Under the pieces are notes generated by a model. The model ran no database searches. It saw nothing but the letters and a program-made list of their open reading frames with translations, and was not told the origin of the DNA. A stretch of 63,988 nt of DNA, counting the filler, from Hausera hauseri (Eukaryota), in NCBI GenBank assembly GCA_046269625.1. It is 11 parts of 11 records of this genome, joined end to end, with 100 filler letters (N's around TTAATTAATTAA, not from the genome) between each part and the next. Parts side by side here need not be neighbours in the genome. Positions count along the whole stretch, not along the records: positions 24,942 to 30,780 come from JBJURY010181084.1; positions 30,881 to 35,072 come from JBJURY010709992.1; positions 35,173 to 39,232 come from JBJURY010786868.1; 8 more parts are not named here. One strand, written 5' to 3'. Below, piece after piece: positions 24,942 to 35,571 of this stretch. Both the position numbers and the translations under genes were made by a program. The stretch's first letter is position 1. Each line of letters opens with the position of its first letter.

Positions 24942-27096
24942 TATTTTGTATTTTTTGAAGTCTCTTCGCAAATTTTATTCCTGGGTAATAATTGTATCGG
25001 ACGAATGCCTTTTCTGCCGTTTCTAAATCTAATTTTTTCAATGCGTGTTCAGCTAACTTTTTCCACATTTTGTTATGTTGACTAAGTTGTAATTGTTGAA
25101 GATTGTCATGTGAAAGAGAAATAGGAATAACGTCGGAATCAGAATCAGACGAATCGGATGAATTACTAGAATCAGAAGAGTTACTAGAAGAATAAAACTG
25201 TTCCGATTCCAACTCTGTTAATGGTTTGTGCGGTGGAATATTCGAACTTTGTTTCCTGATTCTAATTGACTCAATTTTCAAACTGTAACGATCAAATTGC
25301 TGTTGGAAAAATGTGGTAATGTCATTTGGATTTGACAATAAAGTATCGATTTCGCGAAAATTTCCCGGATTATTAGCATAATCGAGATGCAATTGTGAAT
25401 TTAAATGGTCGTATAAATTGGAATATGTGACACTGCAACATTCGCAAAATGCCAATGATTTACGATTTCTTCTCATTGAACCGTCTTCTGATTTCGAGTC
25501 GGTGTCATCGTTATCAACTACATGGATCTCTGATTTTGACTCGACAACAGATTTGTCAGTTTGATCCGTATTGTTAACAACATTGTAAAGAATTTGAAGT
25601 GACTCTTTAGACCACCGAATCAAAGGGAACCGTTGCTTCATTGCTTCAAAAAAGACGTATTCCGTTAAGGTTTCTAACGACAATGCAAAATCGGCAATTG
25701 CTAATATCTGACGTTCACTGATCGTATCATAAATATCAGCGGAATTCATTATCGTGGAATGAACAATTTCAATTATCGTATTCAATTTAACTGACTTTAC
25801 GCTTGTCGAAACCGTTTTGGAATGCTTCAAAATATCTTGCAGACTTTCAGAAGTGTCTGGTGATTTTAAAAGAATCAATGAGTTCCACTTGTTTTTCGCA
25901 AGATCTTTGTTTGAACTGTACCCGAAAGAGTCTATAGAAAACTTTGGGGCGACATCAACTGGTGATAATAAGGTTTCTTGACTAACAGTAAATGTCATAG
26001 TTTCAGAAGTTAAAATCAAAGGCCTAAAATGCATATCCGTTTTTGGTTTGGACAATTTAACGCGTTTTGAATTTGACTGTCTGTCCCAAGTTCTGGAAAC
26101 ATACGGCTGAAATGCACTTTTTCTGAAATCATCGTTGTTAATTTTTATACTTTGAAGTAAATCGTTATTAGAAACAACATATCTGAGTTCTTTAAGAAAA
26201 GATGGATTCTGCTGAAAAAACTCATGAACATCTAGTGGAAGTTTTGTTTCTGTTTTCCTCAGTTTTCCCTTCATATCCCTTATTGAAATATCGTATAAAT
26301 ACTGTTGTTTTAAACTTGAAGCTGAATCTAAGCGTATGTACCACCAATGACTCCATCGTTGAAATAGACTGATGATTACGTTCCGGCACTTAACTCCATG
26401 GAATGCGTGTTGGCTCTTACAAAAGTACAAAACGTCATTAATGATCAAATCAGTGGAATTTTGCATTCGATAAATCATCATAAGAATATGATTTGATATT
26501 TTCACTCTATTATCGTTCTGAATAACATCGATCATAATTTTACCAACTGCATTTATATATTTAATGTCATAATATTTCATGATAAGGCTATCTTTCGAGC
26601 AATACTTACAAATATAAGAAGGGAAATGTAAAATAATTTTGCCGTTTGGTTTAAAAAATATATTGTGGATTGTAATGCACAAACATTTGCTCAGATTTGT
26701 TTCATTAAGAAGGGTGTTTGAAATTTTTCTAAATAGTATGTATAAAAATATAAGACATTCTTGATCGGAGTAAAAAATGGGATCATAACAGTAATTCCAT
26801 AATTGACTGAGACTGAAATAACCGATCTGTAAATAAAGCATGTCAGTGCAATTTTTAGTGATCTGTAAATTTCAAACGTTTTCCTCTGATCCGGTTCCAG
26901 ACTTTTCATTGGATAGAGAACCTAGAGAAAGTCTGCTTGCCGTTACACTTCTATCAGTTTCAGATTCTACGTCAGTTATTAAACTGTTTTCTGTTGAAAG
27001 AAAAGATTCTTGCAATTCCGAATACAATTCTTCATTATCGATCGGAAGAATTGACACTTTAATTCGTTTATTCCCATATTCCAATGGAGCGTCCAT
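24942..27096 (-). CDS. DBF4-type zinc-finger protein with N-terminal KIND-like domain and C-terminal WDR35/IFT121-like segment; two exons, 3' end lost in gap
   Basis: Exon 1 is 27096-26878 (MDAPLEY..., 73 codons). A phase-0 GT-AG intron at 26877-26827 carries CACTGAC. Exon 2 is open to the gap and contains FCECCSVTYSNLYDHLNSQLHLDYANNPGNFREIDTLL (zf-DBF). Confidence 0.72.
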
Positions 27097-27826
27097 TTTT
27101 CTTTTTTGAGAATTTGACCAATAATCAGAGTTAATCAATGTCACCATCCCACTTCTGACACCAGTTTTAGTTATTGAGAAATTAATTCCAATTGAGAAAT
27201 AAATTCCAATAAATTCGAAATGAACTAACAAAGAAAACAGTTGAGACTGTAAAGTTTATTCAAAAGTTTTTTAAATCAATTTTTTTAAATCAGTTAATCA
27301 TTTAACAATATTTACATAAAAGGTATTTGTATATATATACAATGAATGTCTAACACGTCGACTGTCCAGTAGGCGAGGTTGATTTCGGAAAGGAGAATGT
27401 TGAAGAATTGTGAGATGACGTAATCATATATATGTATGTTGCAGCCCACACACTGTCCAAATTCAGATCACCCATTTGATTGTCCAATAGCGGGAATATT
27501 AACAAAGTGTGGAATGACGTAGTTGAAGTAATTGATTGAAGAGGATTGACAAGAAAGAGTATTGAAGAGTTGTAAGATGACATAATCACAGGTTGTTATC
27601 TTCTGATTTGTTGAACGATTTCATTGAGCAGGTTGATATTTTCTGATCTGTTGAAATGACTGTTGACGTGATTGGAAACTCACGAAATCTCTCCGTCGGA
27701 AAAACCAGACGCGCCCACGACCGCGGCACCACAATCACCAACGTGTGTGTGTGTGATTGTTCAATTTGTGTACACATATTAGCGTGTGTCCGTGTCGCTT
27801 TTTCTGGCACCCTGGTCTCAATAGAG

Positions 27827-28375
27827 CATTGTTTCCCAAAGTGTGGTACGCAAACCCCCAGGGGTACGGGAAGAGTTTTGTTGGGGTACGCGCTGCACTG
27901 GGCTTTGGCTGAGCCTGGTGCAATAAGCAGTTTGTTTTTTTCTTTTTATTACATAAATGGAAAAATAATGAAAAGAACTTGTTATTATTGTGCATGTGTA
28001 GTTTTGTATGTATGCGTAGCCGTGGCGTCGTCGAGTGCAGTGATTACGGATATTCCCTCACCGCATAGCCCAGCGAATAGTGTCGTAAGTGCTGCACAAA
28101 AGTCTGTGCCTTTAATGATGTACTGAAAATATTTTCTTTGAAAGAACTTATCATTTAGTAATTTTTCAACAATCTGAGTATTATCTAACAAATGAAACCA
28201 TCAAACCATCCAATTTAAAGCGTCATTTTGAGACCAACCACAATCAGTACAAAGGTAAACCTATCGATTTTTTTTTTGAAAACAAACTTCAGGATTTAAA
28301 TCAGTCTCAAAAATTAATGCGGAGTTTGACAAGAGGTGACAATCAAAAAATCCGAGAAGCTTCGTATCGCATCGG
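27827..28375 (+). mobile_element. hAT (Buster/Charlie-type) 5' remnant
   Basis: TIR-like CATTGTTTCCCAAAGTGTGG and transposase fragment ETIKPSNLKRHFETNH...KPIDFF...EASYRI. Confidence 0.7.
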
Positions 28376-28562
28376 TATGCATATGTAGAAAGTTTGGGAA
28401 ACAGTGCAATAGAGTATTAAAACAACATCTGCTATTCCCCCCCCCAATAAATGAAATATTATTCCACAAGCATTCTGGGATATTTACAAGCTCCATTCCG
28501 GTTTATACGACCAATATTATACTATTCTCACAAGGAACACCCACAAACTCGAAGATTTCGAA

Positions 28563-28923
28563 TTTTGGCACTTGTTCAATTCCCCCACACACACACACGA
28601 TATTTACGAATGTCGAACTTTTACAAAATTTTCCTTACTTCGCTCGACCTATTGTTCTGTTAACATTCAATTTTCTAATGTTTCCTTCATGTTCAGTCAA
28701 CCTAAAATGTATTCGTTGCGGTCTCCCATGCATAGACTATACGCATCAATAACCAGAGATTATAGTCCGAATATTAGACGAGTAGTTTTTATTTCGGCGG
28801 AACATCAAGAAAACGTTATAAACCGAATAATAAATAAACATTAGCCGAAGAAAAGAAACGAAAATTTTGCAAAAGTTCAAAAATTTCTAAACCTAGCGGG
28901 GAGATTTGAACAAGTGCCGAAAT
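28563..28923. repeat. MITE-like element with imperfect ~60-bp inverted repeats
   Basis: GGCACTTGTTCAA...GAACTTTTACAAAATTTT (28568-28632) is mirrored by AAAATTTTGCAAAAGTTC...TTGAACAAGTGCC (28861-28918). Confidence 0.6.
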
Positions 28924-29049
28924 ACCGCTATATTTACAAAGTTTAAATTGCGTTATTTTGACGTCATTTGCACACAGATTTTTCACGTTCCGGTTAACGT
29001 TCTGTCGTCGTTACAAATATTTACTGAATATTCAATCCGTATTGATTAC

Positions 29050-30378
29050 CCTTTCCCACAATATTTTCCAAATAAAACAGAAAGAATGATCCTTTCTCAT
29101 AAGGCACCCTCGAGAACGCATCGTCGGGATCAAGACCGACAAGATGCGGATTCAATTTGCAGAACTCGTGACCCGGTCCGTGAATATCATTGAATGCATC
29201 CAACTAATCCAATGGAAAATAATTCGACAGGCCATAGATCTACTCACCGATTCCTGCAATTCAGCCAGACCACCTTTAATATGGAAATGTCGATAATCCG
29301 TTGAGTTAACATGGGCCTCCAGAATCAACCTCTCAACGTAATTCGTATGACCCTCGTTGACCCAGAAATGATCCCAATTGCTGTTCGTCACCAAATTTCC
29401 CGTCCATGAATGTGCCATTTCGTGGGCAAGAACGTGAACCTGAGACCGATCGCCACTGATTAGACATGGCGTGACAAACGTCAGACACGGATTTTCCATA
29501 CCACCGTACGGGAATGATGGTGGCAACACTAAAACATCGTAAACACCCCATTCGTACGGTCCACAAATCGACTCGGCAATGCTCAAAATGCTTTCCATTT
29601 CGGCAAATTCCCACGCAGCTGCTTCGACCATTTCTGGCTCACTCCAAACTGTACAACGCGGGCCAACATTGATTCCTTTCAAATTACCACAGACAATGGC
29701 GATCAGATATGATGGAACGGGGATCTTCTGTAAAAATGAGTAAGCCATGTGATCTTTGCAGTCATTTTCTTCTAATTTAACGGCACTCATTAGAACTTTA
29801 ACGTTTTTTGGTGCTTCTACTCGAGCTGTAAACGGAGCCTTTACCGATGGTGTGTCTTGACATGGAAGGAGACTTCTTGCATGAACGGCCTGACATTGAC
29901 TGAATAAATACGGCTCCTTTCCACCTAAGGTCATCGATGGTTTTAACCACTGCAGAGCAGTACAACCACTGGTTGTCGAATAGACGATTTTCACCAAGAA
30001 TCTGAACAACCACCATAAAACAACCACCAGAATTAAATAAAATTACTTTTCCTTTTTTAACATTATCGGAATTTCAATGCAACTCCAAATGTCGCCGGTT
30101 TTGCTCACGAATGGAACTTTGTTTCCATCGACAGTTACTTCTTCAATATTCAATTTATTAGCGTCCAAAATCTAAATAAATTATTAAAAAGGCATAAAAT
30201 TAATATCTGTTAAATTTACCAGAACATCGGCTTTAGAATTCAGAGTTCGAATTTCATGCTCGACAAATCCGCTTAATGTTTCGGAAGCGAAATCAACTTT
30301 CCAATTAAAATGAGACTTCTCGGTAACAAAGTCTTCAGCGTTTGCATATGACGTTGGATCGTTCTTAGATAACTCCAT
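29050..30378 (-). CDS. LTA4H: Leukotriene A4 hydrolase-like M1 aminopeptidase, 4 exons, C-terminal domain not found
   Basis: Exons 30378-30220, 30171-30047, 30001-29248, 29203-29050 with GT-AG introns of 48, 45 and 44 nt. Motifs: [42 protein letters not shown]...WVNEG, VPYEKG. Confidence 0.9.
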
Positions 30379-30880
30379 ATTCAATAAGTAGTGAATTCCA
30401 AGAATGTAATAAAATTTATAGTATAATTTTATGTCACTTTAAATACATCCGACAAGTATTACACACACATTGTAATGCCTGGTATATTTGAAGCCTGAAT
30501 GTGTGCAGACTTAAGTAAATTTATGTAAGTGAAAAATAATCTATATAATGTTAATGAAGATGGATGCGATTGTATTTAACACCATGAAAATATGGAAAAA
30601 AAAATTTAATTGTACACAAATAATAATAGCAAAGTTGTTGCGCATGTATCACAGTATCAATTGGCAATATTAATACTGCAAAATATTGCAGACACAAACT
30701 ACAACAAGTAACTGATTGTCCTAAATATCCACAGCTAATCTAGATGTACATTTTCTAAAGTGCATGAACAGTGGAGGGAANNNNNNNNNNNNNNNNNNNN
30801 NNNNNNNNNNNNNNNNNNNNNNNNTTAATTAATTAANNNNNNNNNNNNNNNNNNNNNNNNNNNNNNNNNNNNNNNNNNNN

Positions 30881-31935
30881 TCGTAATTCAGTTTGCATTC
30901 ATTCAATATTATTTCTCTATATAAGTTTCTTATTTCTTGTCGAACGTAGTTAATCAAGTAATCTATTTTGTTATCGAAATATTGCGTTAATTTGATATCT
31001 TTTCTATCTATTTTAATTTTTGCTTAGGATACCTCTCTCGATGAGAGATATAGTCCTTTGTAATTGGTCTTAAACATTTCTTCATTACATTTATTGGTCG
31101 CCCCATAATTTTAAAACGCATCGTCTCTTCAGGGTTCTGTGAATACACTACCGTTGCTACTTCCGTCATTTTTACTTCTTTGACCCCTTCTCTATAGGTT
31201 GTTGTTTCTTTCTCGGCCGTTTTTCCTATTGTCTTATTAAATTTCCCTTCCTTTAATAGTGTCAAATGGCATCTATTTGAAGATGTTTCCCATGTCATTT
31301 TTGATTCTCCGGTATCACATTCACCGCTCTCATATTCGCATTCGCTCATTATTGTCATGAGTCTTGTTTGTGAATTGAATAATTCTTCGTATTCTTTTAA
31401 CTGGACCTGGTAGTCCTCGATTGCACCGTTCTTGGAGCATTCGTTCCTCCGACATCGTAATCTACCCATTTACAAGTACCTTCCATTGTTTTATCTATTC
31501 TTCCTGCTCGAAAAATTCTGGTATATTTTATCTTTCCTCGTACAGCTGGGATTTGAGCATTCTGTATAGTTATGATCCCGATTTTAAAAGCGTCTTGGCA
31601 TTCAGCTCGTGATATTATTATTGGCTCAAAAGGGGTCGTCGGTTCAATAATGGCCGAATTTCCTGAATAATATGCACAATTAAATAAAAAGAATGACTTC
31701 TTCACGTAGCACTCTCTTATCTTGACTTTTATAAATTCTGACTCCTGATACACCTAATATCAAGGACCACTGGTTGTTGTCAATTGTTTTGGGTCCGCTT
31801 CGGGGCATTTTTCTAAATCTATTAGCGAATACTTTTGTCCCTCTTTTGGTTTCGAACAATCATAAGCCACCATTCCCATCGCTTTAGGCATGCATAATGA
31901 TGCTTTCAGTAATATTTGTAGTATTTCCATAAATG
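30881..31935 (-). pseudogene. env: Chuvirus-type (class III, gB-like) envelope glycoprotein N-terminal ectodomain
   Basis: Hydrophobic signal, then VAYDC...YSLIDLEKCP...VYQESEF..VKIRECYVK..F.FNC...ISRAECQ...GTCK...CEYESGEC...W....C.L.L..G. I recognise this Cys spacing from chuvirus glycoproteins and their retrotransposon-captured homologs. Confidence 0.72.
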
Positions 31936-32219
31936 ACATTCCACCCAGACCTTGTTTATTACTGGTTGGTTGGGTTGTGGTTGGTCTTTCCGGTGTTTCC
32001 CTTTCTAATCTTAACCTACCGTTCATCAGACTAGGTATCCATCCACCTCTGCATTGTACCCAACTTCCTAAAGTATCACGCAGGATCTTAACGGTTACTT
32101 TTATATTACGCTCTATTTCCTCCAAATTCTGTTTGGTAATTAATCACTATTACTTTATATATTAAATAGGCCACCGCCGTAACTGCCTTTTACCGAGTAA
32201 TCCCTGTAGCGAACATCTT

Positions 32220-33035
32220 CTATAATATGTCCTGTTCGTGGAGTTCGTTAATTCGTTCTTCATTAATATTTTCGTAAAATTGTCTACTAATTCTCAACAT
32301 GTTATTCCTTAATGTCTGAAACAATTCATGTGGAATAGTTACCTGCATATCGAATGACGCAAATGACGTATGAAGTTTTGCTAATAACGTTCTCAATAGT
32401 GGATCTATATCCACTGATTCCGGTGCCGTTTCTGTTCCTGCTAATAGTAATCGTCGTACAATTTCCTCATTCCTATCCTTTCTATTTCGAATGTCACTTA
32501 TCTTTGTTCCTTTTGGCCTTCCTTTACTCCGTGCTTCTGTTTGTACCGTAACATCCTGAGTATCAGCTAACAACTGTTCTTTCCCTCCTTGGGGTTCCTG
32601 GGGTTCTACTTCTCTTATTATGTTAGCTATTGTTTCTTCCGCCTTCAAATCGGGGCGTATTTCGGTTATAGTGATGATATTGTAATTTTCACTTCGGCAC
32701 CCAATCCTTAATAATTGATCATAACCGTATAATGTTCGGCCAAAGAAACTTAACCCATAAACCTTTTCTTAATAAAATGGCTCTAATTCTTCAATCTTTT
32801 CCCTTAATGTCAAAACATCATCCATTTCATTCATTCTAATGATCCTTATGTCCTGATTTCTTTCCTTTAATGTTATTCTTACTGTCTCGTTCCGTTTCTT
32901 CTTACCTTCGGCTGTCTTGGCTAATATAGTTCTTGCTATTTCTCGTATTGGGCTACTATCATGGGCTAATAGCAACAATTGAAATAGAATCTCATTAATC
33001 TTAACTACTGTTACCTTATTATCTATTAATTTCAA
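32220..33035 (-). pseudogene. Accessory region with ubiquitin-like domain (one in-frame TAA at 32769-32771)
   Basis: ORFs 32769-33035 and 32220-32648 are in the same frame: VRITLKE...DDVLTLREKIEELE...YGLSFFGRTLYGYDQLLRIGCRSENYNIITIT. Confidence 0.65.
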
Positions 33036-33326
33036 TATTGCAGTTGTAGCTTAATTAACGTCTCTTATATTCTCAGAGTTTATAGCAACTACTGCCTAAA
33101 TAATATCATCTTCGGCATCCAAATCTATCTCTATATCCTGCATTACCTGTTCAATGACAGTTTCATCAAATATTTTTGTTGATGGGTTTTCTTCCTCTGG
33201 TGTTAACTCACTAGTGTTGACTTTCTTTCGTCCCCTTTTTCTTTCTATATCACTTTTTTCTATCGACGTTTCCCTTGATTCTGCTTTTATTATTTTCTTA
33301 TTACCCTTCTTTCTCCCTTGTCTAGT

Positions 33327-34400
33327 TTATCCTTCTTTCGGCTTCTCCTCTAATACATAAATACTATTTTCTCTTAGTCTTTTCTGTTGGATTTTGTAAT
33401 CTTTTAACTCCATTGCTAACTGAGTCCTCATGCGTTGCAACAGTACGTTATCAACGTAATTTACCTTTTCTTTCTTTTTATCTTTCTTATTATCTTCGTG
33501 TTCACTTTCCTCATCTTTATCGGAAGACTCCTCTGATGTAGCTGATGTGTAATTCTGTTTCTTCTCTCTCTTTTCATCTTTCGTCCTTGTAGATTCTTTC
33601 TTGCGTGATCTACAAGTTTTTGCTATATGGCCATATTTGTTACAATTAAAACATTTTAACCTACTCTCTGAATCTATACTTGGCAACGAACGGCCGTCTT
33701 TGGTGCAATGCTTCTTTGACTTATCCCCGTCTTTTTTTAACTTGAATCTTACCTTCTTTTCTACATCGGATTAAGCCTCTGTAGCTGACGTTTGCGAGAA
33801 GCTTCGATTTTTATTGTATCTCTGGTACCTTTGTGTACTATTGTTTCTTCGTTTGTAATTGTTTGTATTATCTTTTGACTTTGTCCATTTATACAATTCG
33901 GCGTCCCGTTCAGCTTTTCGAGCCTTCCTAATTGCCTCTTGAAAAGTGGAGGGGTCGGCATGCAATATAATACTTCTTAACTTTCCTTCCAACCCATATT
34001 AAAACTGAGCCAACAACGCATTATTTCGTATTACTGCATCATGATAAGCCCTCGCGGCTAACTTTGGCAGTGCAAATACGACGTCCTGAACTGTCTCGCC
34101 TTTTCGTTGCCTCCTTCGTATAAACCCCTCTATCCTTCCTTTTCCTGAAGGATCAACTAGGAACTTTTGAGGTAACTTATCTTTGACAGTCTTCCAGTCC
34201 ATATTATCTTCTTCTGGCATCTGGCAATAGATTGTTAATGCAGTTCTTTTCAGATGAAGAGGTAACCTCTCCATTCGTTGTTGGTCATTCCATCCGAAAC
34301 TCTTGGAATATACCTCATATTTCATGAGGAAATCTTGTACGTCTTTTTGTCCTAAAAACTTCTTCATGGGCAGGGTGAAGTCAGCTTTTGACTGTATCAC
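33327..34400 (-). pseudogene. gag: Retrotransposon Gag plus CCHC zinc knuckle
   Basis: KFLGQKDVQDFLMKYE...LPLHLKRTAL...RRQRKGETVQD...FQEAIRKARKAE...CFNCNKYGHIAKTC. Confidence 0.88.
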
Positions 34401-34582
34401 CTGTTCTACATTATGTTCATTTCGGGCAATTCAGTATTCCTTTTCTGTACTTAAATTGGCTATAAACTCTAACCAAAATAGTAAATTATTGTCCGAATCT
34501 ACTTTACACGGTGTCCCTTTTCTAGTCGTAATCTTAACGGTTTATTCGGCTACTATCCAAAGGTTTCTTGATTCGTTTTAGA

Positions 34583-34600
34583 TCCCCGGTCACGGCACCA
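34583..34600 (-). promoter_or_regulatory. Primer-binding site, tRNA-His type
   Basis: TGGTGCCGTGAC.. lies two bases after an LTR-terminal CA and is complementary to the conserved tRNA-His 3' end (..GUCACGGCACCA). Confidence 0.8.
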
Positions 34601-34602
34601 GT

Positions 34603-35072
34603 TGTTCAATCTTTACTAATTTCACCTGGGACAGGCTTCGAATACTTAATTTGTGAATTAATGGGTGAACAAGGTTCGGAAGAGATACCCAGATATCCTA
34701 TTCCTACCTAGCCTTAACTTATGTCTGTATGTAGGGGTCGAATAGGCTGTGGGCCTATGAAGATCAATTTATTTACTAAGGTTGTAATTGGCTCTTTTTC
34801 AATTGAAAATTAAACGGGCTGCCGTCAGGTAGGGTGGACCTGGACAGCTGTTTTCCAAATTTACTTAAACTTATACACTTACTTAATTACTTAGAAATGA
34901 TAACGAATATGAATACAATAAATATAATGTATTAAAAGAATATAGTAAAATGCAATTCTCATAAACTTACAGCAATAAGCAGAAATTAGCACAATAATAA
35001 AAATTTGTTCGAACTGTTTCACACAACACTAGTATTTATACTTGGTTGTTCGTCTCATTTTTCATATAATAT
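34603..35072 (-). repeat. 5' LTR of family C (partial)
   Basis: Ends ...GAACA immediately before the PBS. TATAAATA is present on the minus strand near 35040. The outer end is lost in the gap. Confidence 0.6.
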
Positions 35073-35571
35073 NNNNNNNNNNNNNNNNNNNNNNNNNNNN
35101 NNNNNNNNNNNNNNNNTTAATTAATTAANNNNNNNNNNNNNNNNNNNNNNNNNNNNNNNNNNNNNNNNNNNNCATCTCGGACCGTTTACACGGTCGAAGA
35201 AGATGATGCTAGTGCATTGCCCAATGTACCCACGGTACTGTACAAGTACGATGCACGACGTTGATGATTGTCTTAGTACAATGGAGCAATACTATGGTGC
35301 CACAACGGTTCACGGTAAAGGGGCCCACGTTTGTTTCTGTTGTTCAATAGTTGATGATGAAATCAACTATGAACAATCTTACAATGAGCACCAGGGCCAC
35401 TTAAACCAGTTTCAGCGGTGGTCGAAAAAACAAATATTAATGAACTCAACAAAAATCATCATCAGCATCAGCATCCCTTCAATAACAACAACAATAACCA
35501 GTAGGAAACGTAAGACATAAAGAAGTCTGGACAAATACATCAGAACCAGTACCGAGCTGCAAGAAGAAGAA

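Larger units (their letters stand above)
30881..35072 (-). mobile_element. Gypsy-Gag LTR element family C (5' LTR, PBS, gag, knuckle, ubiquitin-like domain, envelope glycoprotein; no pol seen; gaps both sides)
   Basis: LTR end CA followed by a PBS at 34600, Gag ORFs 33999-34400, CFNCNKYGHIAKTC, UBL at 32664-32882 and an AYDC glycoprotein. Confidence 0.85.
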
